Below, piece by piece: positions 42,700 to 61,300 of a DNA stretch of 64,000 nt. The notes under the pieces were generated by a model. That model had not been told where the DNA came from. It did no database searches and worked only from the letters and a program-made list of their open reading frames with translations. The stretch's first letter is position 1. Every line of letters starts with the position of its first letter. This DNA comes from Trichoplax adhaerens (lineage: Eukaryota; Animalia; Placozoa): contig NW_002060944.1 of assembly GCF_000150275.1 (NCBI RefSeq), positions 4,468,123 through 4,532,122 of the forward strand, read 5' to 3'. Made by a program: the position numbers and the translations under genes.

Positions 42700-45600
42700 T
42701 TACAGTTCATCATAATCATTTTCTTCTGACTTCTTTTTCTTTTTTTTATGTTTTTTCTTTTTGTCCTTGTCCTGACTGTCTTCGGTACCTTGACTTTTTT
42801 TCTTTTTCTGTTAAATTAGTACAGCGGATCATATAAATTCGAACAGTGGATACAATTTTGTCTACAGAAATACATCGATATCGTTCAAGAATCCAGATAC
42901 AGAAGAACAGATTACCTTTTTCTTCTTTTCCTTAGTAACTTCTAATAAGAAATAAAAGTTAAATTTTCTAAATAGCTTTAGCAGCGATACTGTATGGAAG
43001 TCTTTCTATATTTAGTTATAATAATACCTGTATTTTCAGGGACTTCCTCTTGTTGTAAAAATTCATCAAGGGAAGTAGGATATTCTATGAATAAAAATAA
43101 CACATATATTAACTTGAAATATGACGAAGATAAAAGCAAGCTTTCCAATTATTAATCGCAATAATTACTAGGAGATGATTGCGTTGTAGGGGAAGCAGCG
43201 TTATCAGGGTAGCTAAAGTCCATAGTATCTTTATTCTTTTTACTCTTCTTAGTTCCTTTTCCTTTCTTGCTTTTAGTAGGTCTGTAAATTTTGAAATTTT
43301 CAGGACATATTGGTAAACGATCTATTCCTTACGACAATGCTAAATTACCTGTAATTAATCTACACATTTTACGGTACTAAAATATTTTGATGACACTTAC
43401 TCATCTTCCGTTTTTATGACATTTAAATCCACATCATCATTTAGCCAGTCATCGAGATTCAGATTTGAAGACTGAGGTTCTGTACCATCAGTCGTGTCGC
43501 TTGCCTGGGAAATTGGAGAAGTAGGTGAACGGGGTTGGGACGATGTCTTTGGAGTATCATATTCGAATTTTAAATCAAACTTTAAGGGTCCTTTCGACGA
43601 CGATTTTACAACAGTCTCTAAGAATGCAATTTAATATTAATGATCACAACGAAAAGTACACCATAGCAGATACTAATATTGATTTAATTACTTTTAGCTG
43701 GTTCAGGTTGTAAAACGAAATCTTCATCTTTTGCAATATCCGGTTCATCACTATCACTAAAATCGTCGTCATCGCTTTCTCTAGTATTGGCGACATTAGC
43801 ATTTTCAGTGACGAATTCATCTAAATCGATATCTTCATCGGCAGTAACCAAAGGATTACCGTCAGCTTCATCATCACTAATAAATGCAGATAAAATACTT
43901 TACATGATTATCATTACAATACACTAGGTAATAGGAGAGAAAACTGTCAGTAATAGAACCAATACCTGCTGTCAACGGGAACCGGAACAGTTGTCGTTTC
44001 AGTTACTTTATTAGAATCTTCTAGGAAGGAGTTATCTAAGTCATCTTCCGGTTTGAAACTATCAACATTTGCACCAGTTTGCCTAGTAGTCCTATCAATA
44101 ACAATTGCTGGCCCTACAAATGTAAGATAAGTCAGTTATTTCATTATCGAGGCAATTAAATGGGCCAGATTAATCCCCTATAGTTTATTTAAAAAAATGT
44201 AACAAGAAATATTACCATCAGTCTTTGTGTTGCCTGCTGGATTGGGAGAGGATTTAAATAATTTCGCTGTCATTCTCTCTCGCAGGGATAACTTTTGAGT
44301 TGTATTATTGTCTTCACTAGTCGTGACGTTAGTATTGGTTTTACTATTATTAACATTTTGAGATAGCTCCTTCGCTTTAGGCTTCGGAGACAACTTTTGA
44401 GGAGGTGGCGTCGGTTTTTCCACGTTTGCTCTTGCTGCTGCGGGGGCTGGACTTGGCTGCTGACTAGGAATCTCCTTCCTTTGATTTCCTACAGCTTTAA
44501 TCCATTTACGAATGTTTTATAAGCTTAAATGTCGAATTTATCAAATATAACATCGTGACATACTCGTACTTGAATTGCTGAGAGTTTGATCTTGCTGCGC
44601 TGGAGTAGCCACACGGGTTCTATCTTTAGCTTTTTTATCTATTTCCTTAAGAAATCTATCCCATGCATACAGTAAACGTAAGTAAGTAGATATAGTGCAT
44701 AATTAAGAAGATAACACGAAAGATCTTATAAGTAATTTTAATTAATAAACTAACAATTTATAATTTTGTTCTTCGGATTCTAAATGGATATCTAGCTCTT
44801 CGATTGCAGCCTGTATTTCGTTAGAGAAAAAGATAAAAGGTATGCTAAGGGAATGTTGGGATATAGGAAAATTTCTTAGCAGGAAAAATAATGTATTGTT
44901 AACCGAAATATCATCAGTATTAATTTTTAATTGTTTCAGTAGTGTTTCTCTCTATAAAACGAAAAAAAATCTATGGTTAAAGATATACGTATGATAACGC
45001 TAAAAGATAATAAATGCATTACTTTTTTAGAATGTCTAACCTGCAGATGCAAATAGGGTAAATTAAAGTATTTATAGAGATATTTGAGTCCATATCCGTT
45101 CTTCATTGAAGATTCGGCGTATCTAATGGAGGCCGAGTCTTCACGACTAGGTCACCATCGAAAATCGGCAAAATTTTTGTTAAATATGACCCTACGGTAG
45201 TAATGTCAAGGTTATATGCTTACTCGTCGAACTGCCTCAGCCATTCTATAGCTTCTTCTTCGGTAACTAATCTATGATCACCCATATCACGGCAGTTCGC
45301 CTGATGTGTAAAAGGAAATATGTATACAAGCAGATTATTACAGGATTGACAACTATCATATTATATAATATATTTCTATTTAAATAATTGTAAGATATTT
45401 ATAACTACCAGGATTAAAACAGGTAGATGCTTAGGAACTTTTGGTAGCTCTCTTTCAACGTACTGGAAAGTCCTACAGATATTAAATAAATTTAATGAAT
45501 GAAAATCACAAAATGTTGTATACCGATTTGATGATCTTATCATTGCATTCTGATATTAAGCATGTTTACTAACCAAGGCTTCGTTATATCAAATAACATA

Positions 45601-48093
45601 ATCACGCCATTCGTTCCCTTATAAACGTCAACAAATTCTGCATCTAGTACTCGTTCGTTCGTATCATCTTTATCCTGCAAATTTGATTTGATATTTAAGG
45701 GAATATAATTCATTATCGTAATTTCTTTGCAGTAGTAAGAATAATCAACTATTAAAACATCGCTATTAGCTATATGGAAAGAGTGTGAGAAGAAAGTAGA
45801 AACTGTTACGGTATTAGCCTCATTTCGTTACAATTCATATGTTATAGATTTATGTTAGTGCAAAACATATATTCATATAACACATGCTACTTACGTCTAC
45901 TTCATTATTTGTTAATTTTAAACTGGCATTTGCTTTCTTCTTTGCACGGCCTTAACAGATTTTAGGGTGATTAGATTGCTGTGTAATAGTAAAGTATTAC
46001 TTGTAATTGTGAATCAACCTTTGTCGACGACGTCCCAAACTTCGACTTTTACGACATCATCACTAGCTGCAATAGGACGTAATGGAAGAGTAGTTCAGTA
46101 CTAGATTACGAACAATACTAGTCTAGTATACGAGTATACTATCCACTAATGAAGACCTAAGATTTATCTAATCACTTAATCATGCGATACCCACATACGT
46201 ATAAATAATCAATAAAGAATCAACCTACAAGAATAAAACTCTGTTGCACGTTGTTAATTATATAATTTATAAAAGGGTGTAATTATACTCTAAATCGATA
46301 AATGCGTGGTAAACATTTGATAAGAATAGACCAGTATTATATCTTATTTATGGACAAGTAAGAATGGTTTGTTTTTTAATTATTGTTAGTAAGGCATTTT
46401 AAAGTTAATCCGCTGTTGATATACCCAAAGCAATTCTAATGTTATGAGTTAATTTTTATCAACTACAGTATATCACCAGTCTTGTTAATATTAATTAAGA
46501 AGAAATAATTGAGAAATTGTAGAAAAGGAAATAGAGTAAATTCAAACAGACAGAATAACTAACTAAATAACTAAATCAGGTATCTATGAACTACATTGTT
46601 GTAATATTCCTAGACATTTACTACTATAAATACTCATAAGTTGTAACAATAAAGTAATATGAAAATCGAGTGTACGAGTATAAGGGTTAGAGTGTAAAAT
46701 TTGGGTTGTATACTGTATGAAATTACAGTGGGGGCGATTTGATGAATAATAAAAGGTACTGTTGTGATAAGAAAGACAGCCATCCAGTGCAAATTGATCA
46801 AATTAACGATAAATTAGATATTCATAATACAGTAGTTGATAGCTTTAATCAGAATAAAGAATACACTTTATCGATTTCAATTAACGCTCATTCCTTACCT
46901 TTGTAATTCCAGTGTATGTTTGCAACCTATATCCATAAAAATACTTGTCATTAAAATGGTATTATGTCTATTCAATGCATACTCTTTACGTATACTTATA
47001 GTTGGCTGCACTATGAAGGTAGGGGGATTTAAATAGCAAAGTATAGCCATGATCAATTACTAGTCTAGTACGTGTAGGAAAAATACCTATTCAAAATCTT
47101 ACGAATCGTATCCATGTTACCTGTGTAAAACTGTTTACCGTATTATTTATTGTTGGGTTGTATTATGCAAGTGTAAAAGTCCTTTGAATGATGTAACATG
47201 GCTAGTAAAAGATTATGTGAATACTTTCAGCAGGGTCAATTCTATCTACCTGAATCTCGTTGGTAGGTGTATATCCTTCAGCGAAGGGTCGACCTTGTAA
47301 TCGATTCCATAAGCAACTCTTGCCAGTATTTCGGTCACCTTTGATAATAACTTTAACTATATGGTATAAGCATTACAAGTAGATAGATTTAGATAGAGTC
47401 ACTGATATATGGATTTTATAAGAAGACAATTTATAAAATTGACTCATAATAATATAGTCGATGTACGTGTTTATTTCGATTTATGACAGCTCAATATTTT
47501 ATAAAGTAAGTCTTGCAAGGGGATAGACCATTGCATAGTATGATGAGTAATGAAGGCATCCACCAATTGACTGAGATTACATTTTGAACAGTCTTCTACA
47601 CTCATGTTGAATCTTTAGGAAGAAAAGTAAGTCAAGACCAAATCGGCTAATATCTCTTGACCGATAAAGTCATTGGACTATTGATATTAAGTATCCAAAA
47701 AGGATTGATATGATTGGAGGGGCTGCATCAAACTACAGAGAGTCATTAGGCAAGATACTGTACAAGTCGTATTGAATTATTTTTTGATTCAATTAGGCAC
47801 AATGCAAATTGACTGCTGTCCACTTGCATAATCATGATTAGTAAGGTAATTAAGGTATCCTTCTATCATGTCCATTTGTCTGTGGCTAAAATCCTCTTTT
47901 GACTGGCAATTGTACAATCGATGAAAAGTAGAAAATTCTTGTGGCTGTCATTGAAATACTCACTGTTATATTGTACTCCACGAGCATATTTCTTTTTCAA
48001 GGTCTGATCCATGACCTGAACACCCGTTGGAGGTGTAGGGCGATTCTCTTCATTTGTACTTCTACTAGCAATCTTCTTTAATGCCTGAAACAT
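42700..48093 (-). CDS. RABL6: Rab-like protein 6 (multi-exon)
   Basis: MFQALKK...[71 protein letters not shown] and [25 protein letters not shown]. The acidic/Lys-rich tail ends DYDEL*. Confidence 0.94.
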
Positions 48094-48306
48094 CTTGAAT
48101 TTTCTGTCAATTTTTTTTCCTTCTTTGAAAATTGGAAGAGCCACGTAGTTTGAGTAGCTCGAGCTGGTTGACTGAATTTCAATGGCAAGAACAGCCTAGT
48201 GGAACACTTTGCTCAATATTACAGGAATACTATGGAGTTGATAGCATCGTACTGTATGTACCATACTGTTTTGTTCGCTACCGCTTTCCGTACTGAGAAG
48301 CACTGA

Positions 48307-51779
<3,473 letters not shown>

Positions 51780-52512
51780 AATTTTCGTACTTTATAATAA
51801 TGTATTTTCGTATGTTGTAACACTAGAATTTTACAAGTTTTTAAACATAATTATTGCTTACTTAGGGAATTCTATTTATAATTGCTTGCGATTGTTCGTG
51901 TCACTCTGAAGGCAACAATCTCATCCTTATTGCTAGTTCGGTAACGAGTAATCTATAAATGCCTTTATTGAAATATTTATTATTTTTTAATGTACATAAC
52001 TATTTTTGATATCAATGATAGCTGCAGATATACATGCTTGTACGCACAGTCTAGTACACATTTTAATAAACAGTACTTGTTGCTATACCACGTTATATCA
52101 TTTCAATGACATGTACTGGTAAAAGTAGGAATATTACCTCAAAGAAATTACCTTATTTTACATGCGCTCTTAGGCATTGGTAATAAATATTCTACACTTA
52201 CCTACTGCTACATATTCACAAAGATTATTCACTGCTACTATACTATCACTTTATTATGCCCATTGATAAGGTGGCATCTACTAGCTTCTAAATTAAAGAA
52301 TTAAAATGAAGCGTCTAGTCTAAGAACATCTCATGATAGATATTAGGATGATACATAACTAAAAGTGTAACTGTGCTGCAATACCTTGATTAAAACTTTT
52401 TAACATAATACGTAAATATACTGTATACTTTCTTAATTGATCAGTGGTAATTCTATAAAATAGTAAAACATAAAAATTGCATGCTAGAGCAAGTGATCCA
52501 TAGGTGGTAGGT

Positions 52513-55124
52513 TTACTTCTTCTTCTTCTTAGATCGGATTTTCTTCTTCGTTTTAGAATCAACTATTAATTGCGACTGTCGTTTAAGCGCATCACGTGTT
52601 ACAATGTCTTCATCTTCTCCACTATCTTCCTCTTCTGCAATATCAAGTGAATACAGTTATCATAAGTAACAATATAATTACAGCCCAAAATCATTAGATA
52701 TTTTGTTGCACTACTTATAATATGGCACTATGCTATATTAATCGTACGATTGATTGTAACTTCATCTTACCGTCATATACGTCCCCAATGCCGTAATTAT
52801 TATAAACTACTGGTAGTTTAATACGAGTATTATGTTGCGGTAATTTGTTAACCAGGGTAGAATGATACTGTAAATAAATAATTAAATTTTTGGTTAATAT
52901 TTACGAAATCATTGAATTTGTTTACATAATGATTCCTATAGTCGAATTTTAGTACCTCCTCCAGTTCCATTTGCTTTTCGAGTTCCTTCATATCTCTTCC
53001 ATCTAATTCTTCCATCAACTTAAGCAATTTTTGCTCGCATGTGCCCAATAAATCTAATGTGTACTCATCTGACGTTGGCGAAAGTTGTGCTTGTGGCACA
53101 TGCCCTTTAGGAACTTTAATATGGGCTAATTTATCGGCTAAATGTTCTATTCCAGCTTTAACATTAACTAATACGCGAGCAGCACGTTCTTGCCTAACTT
53201 TAGCATCTTGATATCGAGTTTCTTCTGATCCCAGATGAGCTTGAAATTCTTCAAGCATTCTTTCACCGCTCGATAATTTCGCTTCACCACTATATTTCAT
53301 GGTCTCAAACTCTTCCTGTAACTTTTCCTTTTCTTCCCGCAAGCGAACTAAAGTTTTCTCATTGTTCGATTTGAGCTGTAGTAAATGTTGCTGAGTATTT
53401 CCTTGCGACAAGAATCTTTGAACAACTTCTTTAATGTCAGATACACCAGTGGCATCTTTAATTTTTCGCATTGCATCTTCATAGGTTGTTATTTTTCGTT
53501 CTTGTTCTTCCATATTGACTGTAGGTCTATCTAGGTTACCAATTAAGTCATCCGATTGAAGAGATGCACGTTGTAGCCGTTTCTCAACTTTTTCGTGCTG
53601 ACTCTTCTTTTCTTCAGCCTGTTTCTTGTACTTGGCAAGTACGCCCTCGCGATCACGTCGCGCATCATAAGTTGAACTCTCTAGTTTAGATAGCTCGGAC
53701 TAAAAATCGATAACAAAAATATAAGCATATATTAATTGATGCTGAACTAAGTATTGCACAATCAGATGTTTGCGTTTACCTTGGCAGAATCTCGAGCAAT
53801 TTGAGCATCCCTGTTAGTGGCTTGAAGTTCATCATAATGCATCTTTTGGTGTTTTATTTGTTTCTCTAAGGTGTCAAGTTCATTTGGAAATGTTTGTCGC
53901 TCCTGTTATAACGAATATTAGGGAAATAGATAAATATATGGAATATCTATTGACTACTCTCTTAGTTTATCGAAACATTACCTCTTTCAATTTTTCAAGA
54001 ATTAAAATATAAGTTTTATGCATTCGTTGCGATTCAGTGATCTTCAACTCAGCCTTATCTAATCGATTTTCCAACATTCTAAGGGTCTAGAAAGGCAATA
54101 GATTATTATCACTTATATTATAAATTCTTTATTAGTGCATTTGTTGCTAGGGATACAATTTTTATAATGTAGAAGACGTTTTTAGTAAGCTCAAATGCAA
54201 AGCAGCAGATGTTTGCTAAGACTTACTTGTCCCTCAGCTGATTCTCCCAAATCTGTCTTGCTCATTGCAGTATATTCACTCAGCATTTCACCAAATTTCT
54301 TCTGAAGTTCTTCAAGCTCTGATTCTTTCCTTAGTCGTTCAGAATGCATTGCATTATATCTTTTTCTGGTCTCGCAAACTTTCTGATCCATTTTAGATAG
54401 GGCAGTCTGATGATTAAAAAATGGAAAGTAGTGAATGAACTAGTATTTGCCGTATAAGAACTTTAAGGAAAGTAAGATTAATGGTACTATCATATTTAAG
54501 TAACATTAGTATTACCTTAGATGCCATTCCTTTCGTTGCTAATCGTACTTCCTTACGATCAGAAAATGCTTGTTCGACGACCCTTTCATCACCCTAAATT
54601 AAAAGTAAAAAGATAATGCTTTTAATATAGATTTTACTTTATCAGAATATATGGCAGGAAAAATTTATGAGCTTACGGCTAATTTCTTCGCTAATTCGAG
54701 TCGTAGCTCTCTATTATTGCGTCTTAGCTTTGAAACAATTTCCTTGTTCTTTTTCATAGTCCATTGCGAACTTTCGTAATAAGCTTTGCGATCGCCATCT
54801 ATTAATTACGACAGATATAGATGAACTCTGAATGTCATAGACTCACAGTGCAGATAATTATCGATTGATGATATTACAAATTTATTCGATTGATAACGAA
54901 CTATCCTGGCAACAGTCTTATTTGCTGTACATCATGTATAGTACATCAACTGAAACTAGCTATCATCCGACTAATCCATAATCTAAGTAATCAGTGATAA
55001 TGAAAAATGAAATCTTTGAAATATTGATATACGGTACAGGATTAGACGATACTAATATCAAAAGTAGCTTACCCAAAAGGGAGATCTTCCTTTTCAGTTC
55101 TTCAATTTCGTCTGTCACTGTCAT
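52513..55124 (-). CDS. CCDC151: Outer dynein arm docking complex subunit 3 (CCDC151)
   Basis: [69 protein letters not shown] and MKYSGEAKLS. The protein is coiled-coil with a basic tail. Confidence 0.88.
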
Positions 55125-55882
55125 TGTAGCAGTTTAATATGATCTTCTGAATGGAAATGGGTAAGATCTTCAATTGGCTATTTTGATATTTTTTATTTAT
55201 CCTTGATCTATCTTCAATAATATAATCTACAGCCCACCTTCTTTCAAATTTTTAACTATGACTGTCAAGACTGGAATAAGATCCTGGATTATCAGCGTAA
55301 GTATAAGCCTGTTTTGTTTTTTGATATCAACTTTAATACTAAAATAAAGCAGACACACACTGCATAGGCTGCAGTATTTATGATTGTTGGCTTGATAGGT
55401 TACCTTGGTAACCAAAGATATTGACAATGCGCAGTGTATCTATACTACTATATAGCACTATGCTTACTACAACGTTAACAGTAATTAGGGTGTAATTACT
55501 TTGCTGTAGAAGTGAAAAGAAAACTTGTATGAATTGCTGCATGTACTAGTAGTACAGTATAACACAGTACTGTACTGTACAGTATTCATTACAGTATTTA
55601 GCCACACTCATATTGTACCGTACGAATACAGTACATTGTACACTGGACTCGTACCTGCGCACTGAGCTCGCTTGGCATGATTTGGCCTTCTCGATCCAGA
55701 ATGAGGGATTTCGGATACCTTGATCAATTGTAAATAGTCGTAGTTTGCATTATTGAGATTCAATCTTATAGAGATTCACTGTTCCCTTTCAGTTCGTCAT
55801 TGAATAGTATATCATAAAGTGCCATACTATCATTCTTTCTTGTATCGATTTATATCAAGGACGAATTGGTAAATTAGACAGG
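55125..55882. promoter_or_regulatory. Short bidirectional promoter CCDC151/TXNL4B with a dense TACTGTA/TACAGTA motif cluster
   Basis: Head-to-head ATGs lie ~760 bp apart. The motif cluster at ~55543-55645 includes the palindrome TACTGTACAGTA (55573-55584). Confidence 0.6.
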
Positions 55883-56975
55883 ATGAGTTTTTTACTATCT
55901 AAATTACAAAGCAAGAAAGAAGTAGATCATGCAATAAGATCGACAACGGAAAAGGTCTTGGTTTTAAGGTTCGGGCATGAAACAGATATGGTCTGCATGC
56001 AATTAGATGATATTGTAAGTATAAGGATGATCTTCTTTATCTAGACTTAACTATAAGTCGATTTATAAATTAATTTGATCATCATGATGCTACCCAAGCC
56101 TTAACGTCATAATAATAGATTAACGCGAGAGTCATTATGAATGAAATGCGATAACATTTTTGTGGCATTCCTATTAAATCATAATACTGTGCATGTTTTG
56201 CATAAAGCTTGAATACTATCATACCCACTAGGCCAATATTCTCTTCTAATTCTGAGAATAAATGTAAAAGATTCGCTTTATTACTGTATGTGTAATACTA
56301 GCTGTAGTGTCGTAAAGTATAAGAAAACTTTGGATCTTGTTGTTTAACTGGCGTACACTTTTATCGACTAGTTAATGAAAACTCAAGAGAGGTTGGCTAA
56401 AATGGCAACGATATACACTATTGATGCAGATACTGTGCCCATATATATCAAATATTTCGATATTACAATTTTACCAGCCACGGTATTCTTTTTCAATGCT
56501 CAACACATGAAAGTTGATTTCGGGTAAGTGTAATTGTAATGGAGTAAAAGTACAAGTATATGCTATGCTATCATAAATCTGTTCTAGTATGCGTATTGAT
56601 GAAATTATCAGGCTTCTGATAATCACGCGTGATTTTGCGTTCAAATAGAGCGTACATATTGCGATTCCTTCAGTAATCTAGTACAGTATCGTACTATACT
56701 CATTCAATAAGTGACTTTGTATGTCCATAGAATGTGTTAGGTATATACGCTTATATATCTATTAATTATCGTTAATCGAGTGTTTTTCTATAAATGTCTC
56801 CTTTTCTAGAACTGCCGATCATACAAAATTTATCGGTAGTTTTAAAACTAAGCAAAATTTCATTGACCTGATCGAAGTTATATACCGTGGTGCTATGAGA
56901 GGAAAATATATTGTAACTAGCCCGATCGATCCTCAAGATATACCAAAATTTGACTTACTATATAAAGGATACTAG
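55883..56975 (+). CDS. TXNL4B: Thioredoxin-like protein 4B (Dim2), 3 exons
   Basis: [31 protein letters not shown]...MQLDDI / [17 protein letters not shown] / [41 protein letters not shown]. Confidence 0.95.
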
Positions 56976-58387
56976 AAGCACCGGCAAATAAAGCGAATAT
57001 ATTTATAGTACGGAATTCACCTTGATTTATCTTCATGTACAGGACAATAAACTAAAAACTTTAGAAAATGTAATAAATCCCTATACTGTATATTCTACGT
57101 GTCTCTGTACATAATGTATATAATTTATTGTATGATTTACAATGCAGTGCAAAGAAACTGTCACATTTACCGAATATTCTGTTTTATATATTACCGCCTT
57201 TATTCCCAATTACATGTGTTGAGGTTGTTGGATAGGTAAAACTAGCCGAATCTACTACCTCTTAGTCATAACTTCTATTGGAAAAACTTCTTCTCGTCAA
57301 AGGGCGTATAAAAATCTCTCAATACTTAAGTATTTTATCAATCAATTTTGACCGGTACAACTAGGGGCAAACATGTAAATTTATGTATCAAGGTTTAATA
57401 TGCATCAATCAATCTCACATTGCTATTATCTATCACATATTTGTTTGTAAATGCACGTTGTACTTCTACTACATTTGTTCTGTTTAAACTGTTGGAAATA
57501 AAATCTAATTCCTCTATATTACTAACTTGCTTCAAGCTCTAATATCGTATATTAAAAAGTTGTTTTAAAAAAAATGAATTTCCAATTGAACCCTAAGCCT
57601 TCCTATTTAGTTAGCTAATTTAAAATTTTACAGAAATATGAATTTAATTAAATTCTTACTAAGTTAATATACATTTTACTGGAATCATATTCAATAGACT
57701 CCGGATATTGAACTCTTTTTGACTTTTTATTCGGTTGTATTATTCTTCATTAATTTCCTATCCATAATGTGGATAGCTTCTTCATGGTTATTTTTTTAAC
57801 TGAATTTAAATCTTGCATTTTGACAAATGTTTACATAGAAGTACCGATCCGGTTTGCTTAAACAGATATTTTTACAACTGTATTTGTTAGAGCAATGTCT
57901 TACACAAGTATCACTCTAATTTTTAAATAGCGTTATCTCCCAATTATTGGATAATGATCATTAACAAAGAATGATAGATCGGGTTGAATGTACACTATAC
58001 GTAGTCGTAATGCAGAAGAAGTCCTTATAATTTACAATCGTCCAAATTTACTGCTTTTAACGCTCGGCATTACGTTGGCACTACATTGCGTCAAGAAAAT
58101 TGCTATATATCACCTCCATTAGGATTAGTTATACTTATTGCAATATAGATTTGCCAATATTTTTGAGCAAGATCAAATAAACACAGCTTTATACACTTTC
58201 CATTCCATTGAAATTATTCGAGATTCGTAGCATAAAGTGCAACGATACCAGCAATGTTATAAATTTTTAAGTAATACTTAATACCAGTTTTCCTTCGTAG
58301 CTAATTAGCATGATATTAGTTCCTATATACGTGTACATATATATGTATATATATTTATATGTAACATAGAGCCAAGAATCTAACGTT

Positions 58388-61300
58388 TTATGGTTCATGA
58401 AACCAAGGTAGTTGAAAGTGTGTTGGTGGAAGCGGCTGACAATGTACTGCTTCAAAATCAATGACATATTTCGTAACCTAATATGGGTAATACAATGTAG
58501 AGGATTTAGACTCTTAAAAATATATAATATCATATCTGTTATAAAAATTTCTACTAACTAAAAATAAAAGTATTTGAATTTTTGATCCAAACTCCAAATC
58601 TTTTCCTTAAATAAGTAAATAATACAGGTTGAATAATAGTACAATTAAAGTAAAGTAATGTAATAGTAAATTGTAATAAATACGTTACCTATTTCCATCG
58701 GAAATTGAATTCCATGTTTAATTACGTACTGATCCATGTAAGTCTCAGCACGGATATCCTTCTCAAAATTAAGACTATCCCATACAGCTCCTACAAGAGA
58801 TAGATCGGAATAATATCATTACATCAATTTAGCACGTCGACACCATAAATCAGATAGTTGCAAAATCCAAACAGGATAGATAAAGTCGCTTACTTCTGCC
58901 TTCTTTGTCATCAGCCGAGAGCCAGGCACGAATAATTGGCATGCTCTCATCATCAAACAAATAGGGATACCTAAAATTGGATTCAATTAAGCGTATAGTG
59001 CCTTCATTCTTTAATGTGATGAAGATAAAACGTTACTACCGCGAACCTCGACATTAGCAATTGTATGGCTAAGTCGTTTCCTCTATTTGTTCGAATGTCC
59101 CCAGGTCTGGTTGAGAGGGATACTAGATTAGATTGTACAGAGTACTTGATAAATTAAATTTAACCATAGTCTACTTACACAATAGAAACTATTTCATCGC
59201 GTAAGCGTCTTATAAATAGCACAGGCCCGTGATACCTTTCAAATTGTAACCATCAAACGTTATAATTAATATTGCAAGCTCGAATTATATCGAATACATG
59301 CATCAATTTAGTCATACTCTGATAACTGTTCGGCAATATTCAAATTTAGATAGTCCGTAACTGTTGACTTCGTTAAATTGCCTTAATAAGAAATAATAAT
59401 AGCATTTAAGGATATTACTATATCGAGTGAAATTTGTTCGAAAAATTAACTAACAGAGACTTTCGGGCATTCTGTCGACTGCTAATGGAATCAAATGATC
59501 AAAGCTGGCGTCTAAGATCTACCATGTAAATATTAAAGGAATTAAAGAAAGCATTAAAAATTTGCACCCCTTTGCTAAATATGAAATATTGCACAATATC
59601 AAAAGAATACTAACAACTGCTTTTACATTCGGGTATAACATAGCGCCTGCAGAAGCACAATAACCTCCTATGATTAATTATAATTTAAAAAAAGTGTAAA
59701 TAAGCCAGTACTATTTTAAGGCTAAAGAACATGAACGGTAAATGAATCTAATCGTAAATTAAAGAATTTTACCTATCGACCACGAATATAATACAATGTT
59801 TTTTATCTCAAACTTTAGTGATGACACAGCGTAAGAAATTACAGCATCAATAGCTAATTTTTCAGATTTGGGAAACGGCAAGCCCTACAAATTAAAAGAG
59901 TACCCGTTTATCAAACAGATCCATATCTATAATTGACTTTGTACATTAATATATCACATAATGAAACAAATCATACGATTGCTGGTAGTTTAGTGTAATT
60001 ATTCATAAATCTATTAATAACTTTACCGAACTATTGGCAAACCCAGGGTGGTTCCATCCCAAAACGGAATATCCACCTGATTGAATGACATTAACAACAT
60101 GAATTAATAAAATCTTTGAATTATTCAAGGATACATTACGTTCTAATGAAAAGAATAGATTTCTCACATGCTAAAGGTGTTTCCATGCAACCAACTTCGT
60201 AATATCCTGCATTACCTTCCGAGCAAATAACCTAAATAGACATGAAATTTTATCGATCGTTAAATACTATTTTTTCATTTACAAGATCAACGTAATATTA
60301 ATATTACATACCAAGATTTCACCATTCTCTTCAATACTATTTCGTCTATCCACAAATACAGAGTCAAGATTATTACTGTCAGCCGTTCGAAGTTTAGCTC
60401 TTTTACCACCAAACTAATAATAATTATTATAACCGATTATTAATTATACACTGTAGTGCTTTTCGATACCTGTTTATTGAAGTATTGAAAAAGCGTCAGG
60501 TTATCATTACAACTTTACAGACCTCTTCAACGAGCTTTCGACGTCCCTCATCAAGATATTCCCCTGTTAACGTTGAGTTATTATAAAAATATAAGAGTAC
60601 AAAAGATATTTTATTGATAACTAATAGCTATGATATCAACAATACCTATGACTGCTTGAAGAAAAGACGTAGACCCAGGAAAAACTGCCCTTCGACCGAA
60701 TAAATGAGCTAAACAATACCTGATAGCATATTCACTACTTAATAATTGAATTTTTAAGTACGAATATGATGTCTAGTACATTTACACGTATACGTACAAT
60801 ACTTACTTCGTAATTTCAATAGGATAGTTGTTTACTACAGAACCTGGATTACGACTACCATTTTTATTACTGCACGATTCTGGAGTTAATTTCGTTTGAG
60901 CACTACATAGACCAGAAAGCGTATATAATATAATATATAAAAAAATAAATGGAATTGAATCATTTAAACAATTAATCTAACATGAAAAATTAAGAATATA
61001 CCAAACTTACCCAGTTTTACAGTCAGGCTTATAATAGTCAACAGGCCATGCTTTAAAGTCAAAGTCGTATTGAGCAAGCATATTCTGTTTTAAAAATACA
61101 ACCACAGATTTATAAGTTAAGAAAAACATAAAGTATAAGTTTTCTTATTAATAAGGACACATTCACTCTGACAGGTATACCAGTCAATGATCGATACTCA
61201 AAACACGATTAAAGTAATACCCTAGCTCTTGAACTTGGTTCACTCTTCTCCGATTCTCTCAAGATTTTGATAAATTTGCTGTACTCATTATCGTTATAAC